From: an uncultured Collinsella sp.
Lineage (GTDB): Bacteria; Actinomycetota; Coriobacteriia; Coriobacteriales; Coriobacteriaceae
DNA length: 36,955 nucleotides
Direction: 5' to 3'
Assembly (NCBI GenBank): GCA_958431945.1
Contig: CAUASQ010000001.1
Location: 1 to 36,955 of the forward strand
Each line of letters begins with the position of its first letter. Within the stretch, counting starts at the first letter, position 1. Both the position numbers and the translations under genes were made by a program. Of this stretch, positions 17,037 to 26,656 are shown piece after piece. Below the pieces are notes generated by a model that saw only the letters and a list, made by a program, of their open reading frames with translations, searched no databases and was not told where the DNA came from.

Positions 17037-18140
17037 CTACCCCCTCAGCGATTCGATGAGGAAGGCGGCGACCACGCCCGGGCCTCCAACCGAGGCGTAA
17101 TACTTAGCACGCCCCAATGCACCATCCGTCGCAAAACTCGGATGTTCGTCAACCCAGCCCTCAGGATCTTTGAGGATGGCAGCGAGGTTCGCGCGCTTCC
17201 ACGGCTTGAGGTCGTCAAGCGAAAACTCCCCCGCGTCCAAGGCCGCCTGAAATTCCTTGGCCATCTGAACCAGGAACTCCTTATAGAACTTAGGCGCTAG
17301 GCGCACGTAGTTCCACATGTACGAATCGTACTTAATGAGCTGATTGAACTTGAGCATGCGCGCGACATCATCACTTGCGTGGTCACGGGCATAATCCTCT
17401 CGAATCCAACGCTCAATCTCGGCATACTCGGTATTGACGCAAAAGACCTTAGCCGAAGAATTGACCGAGGAATTCTCGTTGTCCTGGCGATAAGACAACA
17501 CGGCATCATGAAGGTAAACAGCCTTATCGGCGCACGCGATCACCTTAAAGGCGAATGACGTGTCCTGAAAGGATGCCCCCGGAGTCGGCAGGAACTTAAT
17601 GCCGTTGCGCTCAAGAAAATCGCGACGGTACACGGCCGACCAAATCGACGGCTTTTGCTTAAAGAACTGCGTCGTATCGCTCGGGTGCACTGGCTTTCCA
17701 CAGTCCTTGGCTTTAAACATCTCGTGCAGCGAACGGCGCTCCTCGGGCTTAGACCAGTAGAAATCAAAGTTCGCCTTCGCGAAGTCGGCATTATTGCTAT
17801 CGGCGGCCGAGACAAGCTTTTCGAGTGCGTCGGACGCCATAAAGTCATCGGACTCCAAGATGCCAACGTACTTGCCACGCGCCATCTCCAGACCGTGGTT
17901 CATCGAGTCGCCGTAGCCGCTGTTGGCCTTGTCGATCATCTTAACGCGCTCATCGCGCTCCATATACTCGCGGATAATCGCCGGCGAGTTGTCGGTCGAC
18001 CCGTCGTTAATGCAGATGATCTCAATATCCTTGAGCGTCTGCGCCAGGGCGGAATCGAGACACTCGCGCAGGTAGCGCTGAACATTGTAAATGGGAATAA
18101 GCAGCGACAGAACAGGGCTGCCAGAGGCGTTAGTAGACAA
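17037..18140 (-). CDS. Family 2 glycosyltransferase (paralog of 14797..15915)
   Basis: TTG start after AAGGAG. LSLLIPIYNV...INDGSTD...ILESDD. Confidence 0.92.
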   Translation of the reverse strand: MSTNASGSPVLSLLIPIYNVQRYLRECLDSALAQTLKDIEIICINDGSTDNSPAIIREYMERDERVKMIDKANSGYGDSMNHGLEMARGKYVGILESDDFMASDALEKLVSAADSNNADFAKANFDFYWSKPEERRSLHEMFKAKDCGKPVHPSDTTQFFKQKPSIWSAVYRRDFLERNGIKFLPTPGASFQDTSFAFKVIACADKAVYLHDAVLSYRQDNENSSVNSSAKVFCVNTEYAEIERWIREDYARDHASDDVARMLKFNQLIKYDSYMWNYVRLAPKFYKEFLVQMAKEFQAALDAGEFSLDDLKPWKRANLAAILKDPEGWVDEHPSFATDGALGRAKYYASVGGPGVVAAFLIESLRG

Positions 18141-18252
18141 ATGTGCTCCTTAGGAAATACCTGTCGTTTCATGGTATCAAAGGGTCAGCGCGCTAGCGGG
18201 CGTTTATATAATCTATGGAGCTCGCAGAGGCAAACCGATAAGAAAGGACGTC

Positions 18253-19383
18253 ATGCAGCCCAAAGCCGCACGCAACATACCCATCGAAGCGCTGCGTTTG
18301 GTCGCGGTCGCCGGCATCGCGGTGTTCCACACCTTTCAGTGGACCTTCCAAGCCGTCTGCGTCGGCGCCGTGGAATATGCCCCACTTGCGATATTCCCCT
18401 ATTCCGGCGCGCTCGGTTTTATTAACTTGCTTGGCTGCTGGGCCAACGAGGTCTTCTTTATGATCTCGGGCTATTTTCTCATCGCTTCGGCCGCGCGTGC
18501 TTGGGACGGTGGAGCAACGTGGAAGTCGCAAATGCAACGGACGGCGCAGCGCCTTGGCAAGGTCATTATGCCCACTGCGTTTTATTGCCTCGTGGCGCTC
18601 GCGTGGTCCACGGTCGTCTCACCCATTCCCGATGTTACCCTCAATACGCACTACTGGTACACGCTAGGCCTTGAGTTTATCTGGGTCTATGCCGCCACGG
18701 TCTTCATGGCGCCATGGTTTGGACTGGCCAAGAGTCGACTCTCCCAGAAGAGCTACACGACGACGGTCATCGCCATTAGCATCCTCGCATTCGTTGCTAA
18801 CGGGTATTTGGCCGCCATGAGTGCGACAAGCGGCGGTGAGTTTTCTTGGCTGCAGAAGCTCATGAGCGCTGCCACGTACGTAATCGCGTTTTTGATCGGC
18901 GGGCTGCTCCGCGACGTAACCGACGCCATGGATTCGGACAGGGTGGGCGCCTTAGGCACGCGGTCGCTCGCAGCGGTTTTGGCATTCGTCACCATCCTGG
19001 AAGGCGAGCTCTCCTTCACCGGCAACCTCACGGCGATGGCAGTCCTCTCCTACAAATCGACCTCGCTGATCTCGTTTGCTCTCGCTGCCGCCTCCTTGCT
19101 CTTTGCGGCAACCCGACGCAGTGCCTCAGGCAATCCGCGGACTGCAGGTGTCATCGTCACCTTATCGACCGCCACGCTTGGTTTCTATGTGATGCAGTCG
19201 CTCACCAGTAGCCTGTGGCGTCCCGTCTTCAATACGTTGCTCGCAAACATACTGGTCAGCCAAAACAGCCCGGCAGCTATATGTATCGTCACGGGTACCG
19301 TCATTAGCATCGTCTTTGCCTTAGCGCTCCTCATCATCGATGCAGCCAGAAGCCTTATCGCTCGCAAGCTCAAGTGGCAATAG
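18253..19383 (+). CDS. Acyltransferase family 3 (OafA-like) membrane protein
   Basis: RNIPIEALRLVA...VFH and FFMISGYF motifs. Multiple hydrophobic segments. GAAAGGA RBS. Confidence 0.85.
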   Translation: MQPKAARNIPIEALRLVAVAGIAVFHTFQWTFQAVCVGAVEYAPLAIFPYSGALGFINLLGCWANEVFFMISGYFLIASAARAWDGGATWKSQMQRTAQRLGKVIMPTAFYCLVALAWSTVVSPIPDVTLNTHYWYTLGLEFIWVYAATVFMAPWFGLAKSRLSQKSYTTTVIAISILAFVANGYLAAMSATSGGEFSWLQKLMSAATYVIAFLIGGLLRDVTDAMDSDRVGALGTRSLAAVLAFVTILEGELSFTGNLTAMAVLSYKSTSLISFALAAASLLFAATRRSASGNPRTAGVIVTLSTATLGFYVMQSLTSSLWRPVFNTLLANILVSQNSPAAICIVTGTVISIVFALALLIIDAARSLIARKLKWQ

Positions 19384-19553
19384 ACACGCTGCCGTCAGAC
19401 GCCAAAGCCGCTACAGCCGTGGCAGGTTCCTGCGTTTTATTCAAAGCTTGCCGCCAAGGTGCGCCGAGCCTTTACAATAGGACAGTCCCAAGGACGTATT
19501 CGATAGCTTCCGCGCAGCACTCGCCCACCGCGCGTGAAAGGATATATTGCCCC

Positions 19554-20573
19554 ATGCCTTCAACCCTTCCCGCTCCCATCGATAAGCTCGCCATCGTCGT
19601 CGTTACGTACAAGCGCCAGGAACTCCTGGCCAACTTGTTCGACTCTATGACCGAGCTCACGGCCGCGCCCTGGCGCATCGTGATTGTCGATAACGAGAAT
19701 TCGCGCGAGACCGAGGCCATGTGCACCGCATTCAACGAGCGCCTGGCCAACCTGTGGGGCATCGACACCGAGCAACCTGACGCGCAGGGCGGCACCGACC
19801 GTGTCATCTACGCCCCGCAGCTCGAAAACGGCGGCGGTGCGGGCGGCTTCTCCGCCGGCACTAAATGCGCCTACGACCTGGGCGCTCAATGGTTCTGGGT
19901 GATGGACGACGACGTGCTCGTCATCCCCGAAGGCATCGAGCGTCTTGCCAAGTGGACCGACCGCTACGATGTCATCCAGGGTTCGCGCCTGGACTTTGAC
20001 GGCGGCGCCTTCTTTTGGCAATACCAACTCATCCTTTCGCTCGGCATTCCCAACCCAGTCGCCAAGTGGGACTTGGGTCCCGAGGGTTATCGCGCCATGA
20101 ACCAGCTATGCTTTGAGGGCGGCATGTTCTCGCGCCGCGTGGTCGACAAGATCGGCCTGCCCGACGCGCGCTTCTTTATCTACGGCGACGATGCCTGCTA
20201 TGGCTACGTGGCCAGCCAGCACTTCCCCGCCGCCGTTGTTGCCGACATTGTGCTCAAGCGCGCCCGCGCCGTCTCTAACTGGGACATCGCCGGCAAACGC
20301 CAGCTCAACTCCACGAGCGACACCAACCGCTACTACATCATGCGCAATCGCGGCTTTTTGGCCCGCTACATGCAGATTTACGGTGACTACCACCCCATGC
20401 TATTCCGCCTGGGCAATGCCGCGACCTTCTGCAAGGAATTCATTCGCCTGGCTGCGGTCGACAAATGCTTTAAGACCGGTATTCCGGCGCTGCGCCGTGG
20501 CATGAAGGACGCCCGCAAGATCATCAAGGACCCCGACTGGAAGCCCATGCCGCCCATGAAGGACACCGAGTAA
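19554..20573 (+). CDS. Family 2 glycosyltransferase (GlfT1/rhamnosyltransferase-like)
   Basis: VVVTYKR...VDN...NGGGAGGF...WVMDDD...FFIYGDD...YYIMRNR. ATG at 19554 after GAAAGGA. Confidence 0.88.
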   Translation: MPSTLPAPIDKLAIVVVTYKRQELLANLFDSMTELTAAPWRIVIVDNENSRETEAMCTAFNERLANLWGIDTEQPDAQGGTDRVIYAPQLENGGGAGGFSAGTKCAYDLGAQWFWVMDDDVLVIPEGIERLAKWTDRYDVIQGSRLDFDGGAFFWQYQLILSLGIPNPVAKWDLGPEGYRAMNQLCFEGGMFSRRVVDKIGLPDARFFIYGDDACYGYVASQHFPAAVVADIVLKRARAVSNWDIAGKRQLNSTSDTNRYYIMRNRGFLARYMQIYGDYHPMLFRLGNAATFCKEFIRLAAVDKCFKTGIPALRRGMKDARKIIKDPDWKPMPPMKDTE

Positions 20574-20597
20574 CGGAAGCCGGAAACACCTCGGCGC

Positions 20598-22397
20598 TCA
20601 AAGCCGCTGGCACACCGTAGCCACATGCTGCCCATCAAAACCGAACCCCCAGCGCATGCGACCCACGCCGGGGCGCGGTACACGGATTTCGTCGATGCCA
20701 TCGCGCTCTATGTCGAGTAGCGACTGCACGGCCAGCAATTCCAACCCCAGCGCATCCACATCGGGGTCATACATCATATTGATCGTTATAAGCGGGCGCT
20801 CGTCCAGCATGCCGATCGTGTCAGCTACGTCGAACACAGCGCCCGTAGGAAAAACCTGGATGTCCCAGCGACCCGCGCCACACTTTCGCCTCGAAGCAGG
20901 ATTGGCATAGCCCGGCAAGCCAAAGCAGAGCCCCTGCAAGAGCAGATGATATGGCAGCGGCTTATCTGGGTCGGTCTCACCGATTCCCGCATCCCCCAGG
21001 ATGCGGCTTAGCGCCCGCTTCACGGTATCCTCGTTCCCACGGCACAGCCCGTCGCGAAACGCATCGACGTCTCGAATGTCTTCGGCAGCGCACTCAAACC
21101 ACTCAACAATCACTAGACGCAAGGCTTGGCGAAGCTCTTTATTGGGCAATCGCAAAGCACGGAGGCGATCGCCATGCTCTGGCTCCTCAGTCATATCCGT
21201 CGTCAGGAAACCGGACAGATATAGCGCTGTCCACATGCCATCGTCAGGCGAGACATCTGGCTCTGCAGTGCCCAAACAAAGCGGGACCTCAGCGCACCCA
21301 TGGGCCTCGAGCAAATCGAACAAGACCGAAAGGCGGTCGAGATTCCACCCGGCAACTACCCTACTCAGGCAATCGGCATATCCATACAGATCGGCACGCA
21401 CGGGCGCCGTGCAGCCTCGGTCCAAAAAACCGATCACACGCGCTGGATTCGAGCAATAATCCCTACCAAACCGATATCCCTCGAGCCATTCACGCGCATC
21501 ATCAAGGTATTCCTCGCGCCCAGCATGATTCAACAGAGCCTGGACCTCGGCATCCGAAAAGCCGAACCAACGGTCACACCACGTCGAAAGCGGCGTCGTC
21601 AGATAATACGAGCAGCCGTGCAAAGAAAGCGCCGCTTCGGCAGGGCCGGGACACTCCCCCATCAGACATGCAAAGCGTAGCGAATGGCCCGCGGCAGCAA
21701 TGGCGTCAAACAGCACACGGTCAAGTAGTTCTGCCGGATCGGCGTCGGAAGCGTCCCTCGCGCTCGCATAGCGAGACCACGCCGCATCGTACCCATCAAC
21801 GAGCAATACAACCTGCTCATCGCAGGCAATCTCCAGCAGCTCTATAAGCACACCGAGCACCGAGTCAATCTCGTCCGCGCTCGCCACGCCACGCGCGACA
21901 CGTTCGATGTGACGCACCTTATCTCGAGCTAAATCCGGAGCCTCCAAGAGAGCCAACAAGCGAGCGCACTCGCCCGAAAGGGCATCGCGCACGACGCCGG
22001 CAACAGCGGGGCCACGCCTCGCAGCGCCAGAAAAGTCCAGCGATATCACCGGATAGCAAGCATACTCATCCCGATAGCGCCCACCGTCCGCATCCCAAAT
22101 CTGAGCATCGGCAAACGAGATCCGACCGGCGCGACCGACCGCCGGACGCTCCAGAAAAGCCCTGAGCATCGACAAGTTCATGCTCTTGCCAAAACCCTCG
22201 GGTCGACAGCACACCACAACGGACGCGTCGCAGTCCAACATATCGGCAATAAACATGGTCTTGTCAACCAGCATGCAGCAACCAAGGGCCTCCGCATAGT
22301 CGTGCATGCCAATGGGCAAAGCCGCATCGTCGGCACAGCCGATCAAACGCACGCCAAAGCCGGCATCACAACCATTATTCGCCTGTTCAGGCACCAA
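20598..22397 (-). CDS. AAA-ATPase-like / PD-(D/E)XK nuclease 9 family protein with degenerate motifs
   Basis: LPIG...VDKT.FI...RPEGFGKSMNLSML...FGFS..EV...LYLSGFLT...LPNKEL...GRWDI layout. Start uncertain (TTG 22397 or GTG 22394 after AGGGGG). Confidence 0.8.
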   Translation of the reverse strand: MVPEQANNGCDAGFGVRLIGCADDAALPIGMHDYAEALGCCMLVDKTMFIADMLDCDASVVVCCRPEGFGKSMNLSMLRAFLERPAVGRAGRISFADAQIWDADGGRYRDEYACYPVISLDFSGAARRGPAVAGVVRDALSGECARLLALLEAPDLARDKVRHIERVARGVASADEIDSVLGVLIELLEIACDEQVVLLVDGYDAAWSRYASARDASDADPAELLDRVLFDAIAAAGHSLRFACLMGECPGPAEAALSLHGCSYYLTTPLSTWCDRWFGFSDAEVQALLNHAGREEYLDDAREWLEGYRFGRDYCSNPARVIGFLDRGCTAPVRADLYGYADCLSRVVAGWNLDRLSVLFDLLEAHGCAEVPLCLGTAEPDVSPDDGMWTALYLSGFLTTDMTEEPEHGDRLRALRLPNKELRQALRLVIVEWFECAAEDIRDVDAFRDGLCRGNEDTVKRALSRILGDAGIGETDPDKPLPYHLLLQGLCFGLPGYANPASRRKCGAGRWDIQVFPTGAVFDVADTIGMLDERPLITINMMYDPDVDALGLELLAVQSLLDIERDGIDEIRVPRPGVGRMRWGFGFDGQHVATVCQRL

Positions 22398-22596
22398 AAC
22401 GTTCCCCCCTAAATCGCAGCACGGTGCCAATTGTAATGACCGCCTCGCGCGTATCGACGACGCCGCGCGAACATATCGGGCAACGGTAGCAACAAGAGGT
22501 GTGAGGGGGCATAACTAATCGTTGCACAACAAAACGGGCCCGATGCATTCGCACCGGACCCTGTCCCAACTCTTTAGTTATCTGGCAACCGAGAGG

Positions 22597-24357
22597 CTAC
22601 TCCTCCGAGCCGTCCTCCCCAGAGGCTTTCTTCTGCTGATCGAGCTTATGCTTACCACTTACGATAGACGTAGCGCCCAGTGTGGCCAAGCTTGCACTGG
22701 CAAGGCTCGCCATAACGATAAGGTCGCCCGTCTTGGGCATGTTACCGCCAGATGACTTGGTCGTTGTAGTCGTCGTGGTTGTAGTGGTCACCGTCTTGGA
22801 GTCATTTTGCTCTTGGTTCTGGTTGTCGGTGTTGCCCTTGCCGCCGTCCTCGCCCTGCTGCTTTCCGTCCTCGGTCTTGCCCTTGTTCTCGTCCTTCTCC
22901 CCAGAGCTAGAACCCTTATCGGATTCGGTCTTCTCAGAAGCCTTGTCCTTGGAGTCGCCCTTTGCGGCCTCGGTCTTTTCCGTGGAAACCTGATCTGAGT
23001 TGTCCTTGTTCTGGGCCGAGCCGTTATTGACGCCAGCCATCAGCGAAGAACCCAGCGTAGAACCAAGCTGCTCGGAGAAAGAAGGCTTCTTGTCCGGCGA
23101 AGCAACGGGAGCGTCCGGCGCTTTATTCGAGTCGTCCTTGGAAGCATCGGAATCAGGGGTTGCGTCAGAGCCGGAGCCGTTGTTAGAGCCGGTGTCAACG
23201 GGCGAATCGCTCGAGCCGGTGGATGAGTTAGAGGTGTCAGCGTCGGTCGAACCAGAAGCGTCGCTGTCCGTATTGCCGGCAGAGCTTGAAGACGAATCGC
23301 CCGCAGCAGAGCCGTTCGAATTGGAGCCGTTCGAGGTAGAGCCGTCGTTGGTAGTGCCACCAGCAGAGCCATTACCGTCAGCATCGGTCGAGGGCGCATC
23401 CATCCTGTCATCGTTAGCATCGTCACTCGAGTCGTCATTCGAATCAGGTGTCGGCGAGGGCGCCGGTGTGGGCTCGGGCTGCACGGGCGTCGCGGCGGCA
23501 GCCTCGTCCTCGGCGATATAAGCCAAGCAGTCCTTCAGCTCATTCTTATAACGATTCTTCCAGCCCTCATGATACTGGGGCTGACTCGAAAACTTAGTGG
23601 CGACATTGTTGACCACACTATTGGAGAGCGCCGTCACAAACTCGCGGTCGGACATATCGTTGGAAAGAATCGCCCAGCGGAAAAAGTCCCTGCAACCACC
23701 GGTGCCGCACATGTTGGTGATGCTCCACACCATGCCCTTGACGCAATCGGCGCGGCCCGAAATATCAATGCCCAGGCCGCTCTTGAGCCACGCCTCGGTC
23801 ACCGCATAGTACGAGTTGTACGCATAGGCATCTTGAAGTGCTGAGAACTCAACAGGATCGGTGTTGTACGCACCTTGGAAGGCATCCTGAGCGATATGGC
23901 CCAACTCGGTGAGCTGACCGTTCTCGTACATGGCATTGCTCGTGTTGGAAATCTCGCTGCCGCGATCAATCGCATCCTTGAGCATGCTGTATTTTTCGGG
24001 GTTGTAGTTGTAGGCCTGCTTCATAAACGGAATGAGCGACCAACGACGGTCGAACTGGTAATAACCCAGCGCGTTATAGCCGTCACCGTACGAAAAGCCC
24101 TGGTTGTAGTTGCCATGGCTCTCGTACTTGGTAAAGTACTTCATCTCGGGAGTCACGTTGACAAACGAAACGCCCTGGACCGACCTCAGCACGCCCGAGA
24201 AGGACTGCTGGGTGTAGGGACCCTTATCGATATCGGTGGCATCCGAGGCAACGCCCGGCGTGGGCTCCTCGGCAGCGGCGGGTGCCGGCGCGGAAACGGC
24301 GCCAAACGAAAGCGCCAACGTCAGGCCCGCGACAATAGCAGAATGCTTGGGCTGCAT
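22597..24357 (-). CDS. Sortase-anchored surface protein with an N-terminal lysozyme-like (VgrG3-type muramidase-like) domain and a Ser/Asp/Gly-rich stalk
   Basis: Signal peptide. KYES...GYYQF...NRYKNE catalytic-like core, then a low-complexity linker and poly-Thr. MPKTG followed by a hydrophobic stretch and a charged tail. Confidence 0.75.
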   Translation of the reverse strand: MQPKHSAIVAGLTLALSFGAVSAPAPAAAEEPTPGVASDATDIDKGPYTQQSFSGVLRSVQGVSFVNVTPEMKYFTKYESHGNYNQGFSYGDGYNALGYYQFDRRWSLIPFMKQAYNYNPEKYSMLKDAIDRGSEISNTSNAMYENGQLTELGHIAQDAFQGAYNTDPVEFSALQDAYAYNSYYAVTEAWLKSGLGIDISGRADCVKGMVWSITNMCGTGGCRDFFRWAILSNDMSDREFVTALSNSVVNNVATKFSSQPQYHEGWKNRYKNELKDCLAYIAEDEAAAATPVQPEPTPAPSPTPDSNDDSSDDANDDRMDAPSTDADGNGSAGGTTNDGSTSNGSNSNGSAAGDSSSSSAGNTDSDASGSTDADTSNSSTGSSDSPVDTGSNNGSGSDATPDSDASKDDSNKAPDAPVASPDKKPSFSEQLGSTLGSSLMAGVNNGSAQNKDNSDQVSTEKTEAAKGDSKDKASEKTESDKGSSSGEKDENKGKTEDGKQQGEDGGKGNTDNQNQEQNDSKTVTTTTTTTTTTKSSGGNMPKTGDLIVMASLASASLATLGATSIVSGKHKLDQQKKASGEDGSEE

Positions 24358-24485
24358 AAGATCCTCCCTGCATTGGTGTAGTTAAAGTTCAGTTTGCAAA
24401 GATAAAAATCAGTATTGCAGCTCGCCCGTTGTTACACAACAACCCCTCGGTAAACGGCAACAACCCTCCGCGAAATCTTAAGGAA

Positions 24486-24905
24486 TTAGACAAACTGGTC
24501 GTCGGGCGCCAACAGAAGCTCGCCGTAACGTTTCGTCAGCCCGTCTCTCAACTGACAGAAAGCGGGAATATAGACGTTCAAGATGCGCTGAATCAAATCT
24601 TGAGCGAGCTTGTTGTCGTAGATATGGACGTTCGTATTGCGGTCTCTGAGCATATCCAGCCAGGCTGCCTCATCAATAAAGTGGTAGAATCGGTAGGACT
24701 CCTTCAAGATGGCACGAGGAGACCCCGACGCGGCAAGCGTGGCGCCCTCATACTCGAGCAGACGCTTAAGGAGCTTCCAGCTCAGTTCAAATTGAAGATT
24801 GAACTTATTAATCAATCCACTCTGAACAAAATCATTGTTGAGATCCTGATTGGGCGCATCCTCAAGATTCGCCAAGGCGCTAACAAAGTTCTCATATTTT
24901 TTCAT
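24486..24905 (-). CDS. HI0074-family HEPN protein (nucleotidyltransferase substrate-binding; HepT-like toxin)
   Basis: GLINKFNLQFELSWKLLK...SPR...W.DML.DRNTNVHIYD (Rx4H). Confidence 0.88.
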   Translation of the reverse strand: MKKYENFVSALANLEDAPNQDLNNDFVQSGLINKFNLQFELSWKLLKRLLEYEGATLAASGSPRAILKESYRFYHFIDEAAWLDMLRDRNTNVHIYDNKLAQDLIQRILNVYIPAFCQLRDGLTKRYGELLLAPDDQFV

Positions 24906-25179
24906 ACAGAATCACACCATCCTTGGCAATCTCATCGAGCAATTGCTGCGATAGGGACTCGTCGAGATTGACGACATCTACATCTAAAAGAGTATCAAGA
25001 TGTTCCTCGATCAAATATGAGAAACGGCCGAAATCCCGGCAACCTGCTACGGCGATGTCAATATCGCTCTTGGGCAAGTTGTCGCCTCGAGCACGAGAAC
25101 CAAACAACACGACCTTCTCGGCGTCACATTCCCGAGCAAAAACTTCGATTTGCTTGTACACCTTGTCGAGAGATGCCAT
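24892..25179 (-). CDS. Minimal nucleotidyltransferase (MntA-like antitoxin)
   Basis: VLFGSRARGD...SDIDIAV...DVV motif. Overlaps the HEPN gene by 14 nt. Confidence 0.88.
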   Translation of the reverse strand: MASLDKVYKQIEVFARECDAEKVVLFGSRARGDNLPKSDIDIAVAGCRDFGRFSYLIEEHLDTLLDVDVVNLDESLSQQLLDEIAKDGVILYEKI

Positions 25180-25187
25180 TTGCACCC

Positions 25188-25619
25188 CTACAGCTTAATG
25201 TCAAAGTTGATCTCGGGGACGGCGGCTAGGTCGGCCAACGTCACGCCGTCGACGTACTTTTCAATCACGTCGTCCAGCCCGCGCCAGAACTTGACGGTCG
25301 AGCAAAGGTCGCTGCGGGTACAGCTATTGTCGATACCATCGCACGCCACCGGAGCCGTGCTGCCCTCGACGGCACGCAGGATGTCGCCGGCACGCACCTC
25401 GGCGGGGTCCTTGGCCATCATGTAGCCGCCGCCCTTGCCGCGCACGCTCTTAAGCAGGCCAGCCTTCATAAGCGGACGGACCAGCTGTTCCAGATACTTC
25501 TGCGAGATATGCTCGCGGTCGGCAACCTCGCGCAGGGCAATTTTGCCCTCGGCGTCACCGAGCGCCGCGATATAGATCATCAGCCGGAGGGCATAGCGGC
25601 CCTTGGAAGAAATGAGCAT
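25188..25619 (-). CDS. Rrf2-family (IscR/CymR-like) Fe-S regulator
   Basis: ISSKGRYALR...YLEQL...SVRGKGGGY, with three C-terminal Cys (C-x5-C-x5-C). Divergent from suf. Confidence 0.9.
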   Translation of the reverse strand: MLISSKGRYALRLMIYIAALGDAEGKIALREVADREHISQKYLEQLVRPLMKAGLLKSVRGKGGGYMMAKDPAEVRAGDILRAVEGSTAPVACDGIDNSCTRSDLCSTVKFWRGLDDVIEKYVDGVTLADLAAVPEINFDIKL

Positions 25620-25639
25620 ACCTACCCTCCCATCGCATC

Positions 25640-25714
25640 TGGGACAACATAACCAGGTCTGTTTGTCCCAAATCTTAAGTAAGTGGGACAAACAAACCTT
25701 GTTATTTTGTCCCA
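25640..25714. repeat. 31-bp inverted repeat whose arms are themselves palindromic
   Basis: tgggacaacataaccaggtctgtttgtccca (25640-25670) and tgggacaaacaaaccttgttattttgtccca (25684-25714), 3 mismatches, 13-nt spacer. Confidence 0.85.
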
Positions 25715-25722
25715 CATCTAGA

Positions 25723-25804
25723 AATGTCGAGTGGATTAGTCGGGTTTTCCCTTGACTAACGCCGATCCCATAGTAACTTTATTCCGAGAAGATTCCTAGG
25801 GTTT
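25723..25804 (+). promoter_or_regulatory. suf promoter with two putative Rrf2/IscR-type boxes
   Basis: AATGTCGAGTGGATTAGTCGGGTTT (25723-25747) resembles the IscR type-1 consensus, and a related box lies at 25780-25804. TTGACT -35 at 25752 sits between them. Confidence 0.55.
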
Positions 25805-25843
25805 AGTACACCTATGAGTACACCATATACAGAGAGGGACAGC

Positions 25844-26644
25844 ATGAGCGCAAATCCGCTGCTTTCCATCGAAGGTCTGACCGCCTCCGTGGACGAAAAG
25901 ACCATCCTCCACAACGTCAACCTCAACGTCGCTGCCGGCGAGACCCACGTGCTGATGGGACCCAACGGCGCCGGCAAGTCCACCCTCGGCCACCTGGTCA
26001 TGGGCGACCCCGTTTACACGGTCAACGACGGCCGCATCGTCTTTGACGGCCAGGACATCACCGAGCTCACCACCGACAAGCGTTCGCGCGCCGGCCTGTT
26101 CCTGAGCTTCCAGGCCCCGGTCGAGATTCCGGGCGTGCCGCTGTCGAGCTTTTTGCGCGCCAGCATCGCCGGCCGCCCCGGCCTGGAGATGAAGGGCAAG
26201 GAGTTCCGCCGTCGCGTCAAGGAGCTCGCGGCCGAGCTCAACATGGATACCGCCTACCTCAACCGCGAGCTGGGCGTGGGCTTCTCGGGCGGCGAGAAGA
26301 AGAAGGTCGAGATGCTCCAGCTCCTGTTGCTGCAGCCCAAGCTCGCCATCCTCGACGAGACCGACTCGGGCTTGGACGTCGACGCGCTTTCCACCGTCAG
26401 CCACGGCATGGACGCCTACCGCAAGAGCTGCGACGGCTCCATGCTCATCATCACGCACAACACGCGCATCCTGGAGCACCTGGATGTCGACCGCGTCCAC
26501 GTTATGGTCAAGGGTCACATCGTGCGCGAGGACGACGCTTCGCTCATCCCCTGGATCGACAAGAACGGCTTTGAGACCTTCGAGCGCGAGGCCGCCGAGC
26601 AGCGCGCCCAGGCCGAGTCCGCTGCTGCCGAGCAGCAGGCGTAA
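25844..26644 (+). CDS. sufC: Fe-S cluster assembly ATPase SufC
   Basis: GPNGAGKST, GFSGGEKK, ILDETDSGLD, ITH. Confidence 0.95.
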   Translation: MSANPLLSIEGLTASVDEKTILHNVNLNVAAGETHVLMGPNGAGKSTLGHLVMGDPVYTVNDGRIVFDGQDITELTTDKRSRAGLFLSFQAPVEIPGVPLSSFLRASIAGRPGLEMKGKEFRRRVKELAAELNMDTAYLNRELGVGFSGGEKKKVEMLQLLLLQPKLAILDETDSGLDVDALSTVSHGMDAYRKSCDGSMLIITHNTRILEHLDVDRVHVMVKGHIVREDDASLIPWIDKNGFETFEREAAEQRAQAESAAAEQQA

Positions 26645-26656
26645 AGGGGCGACGCA

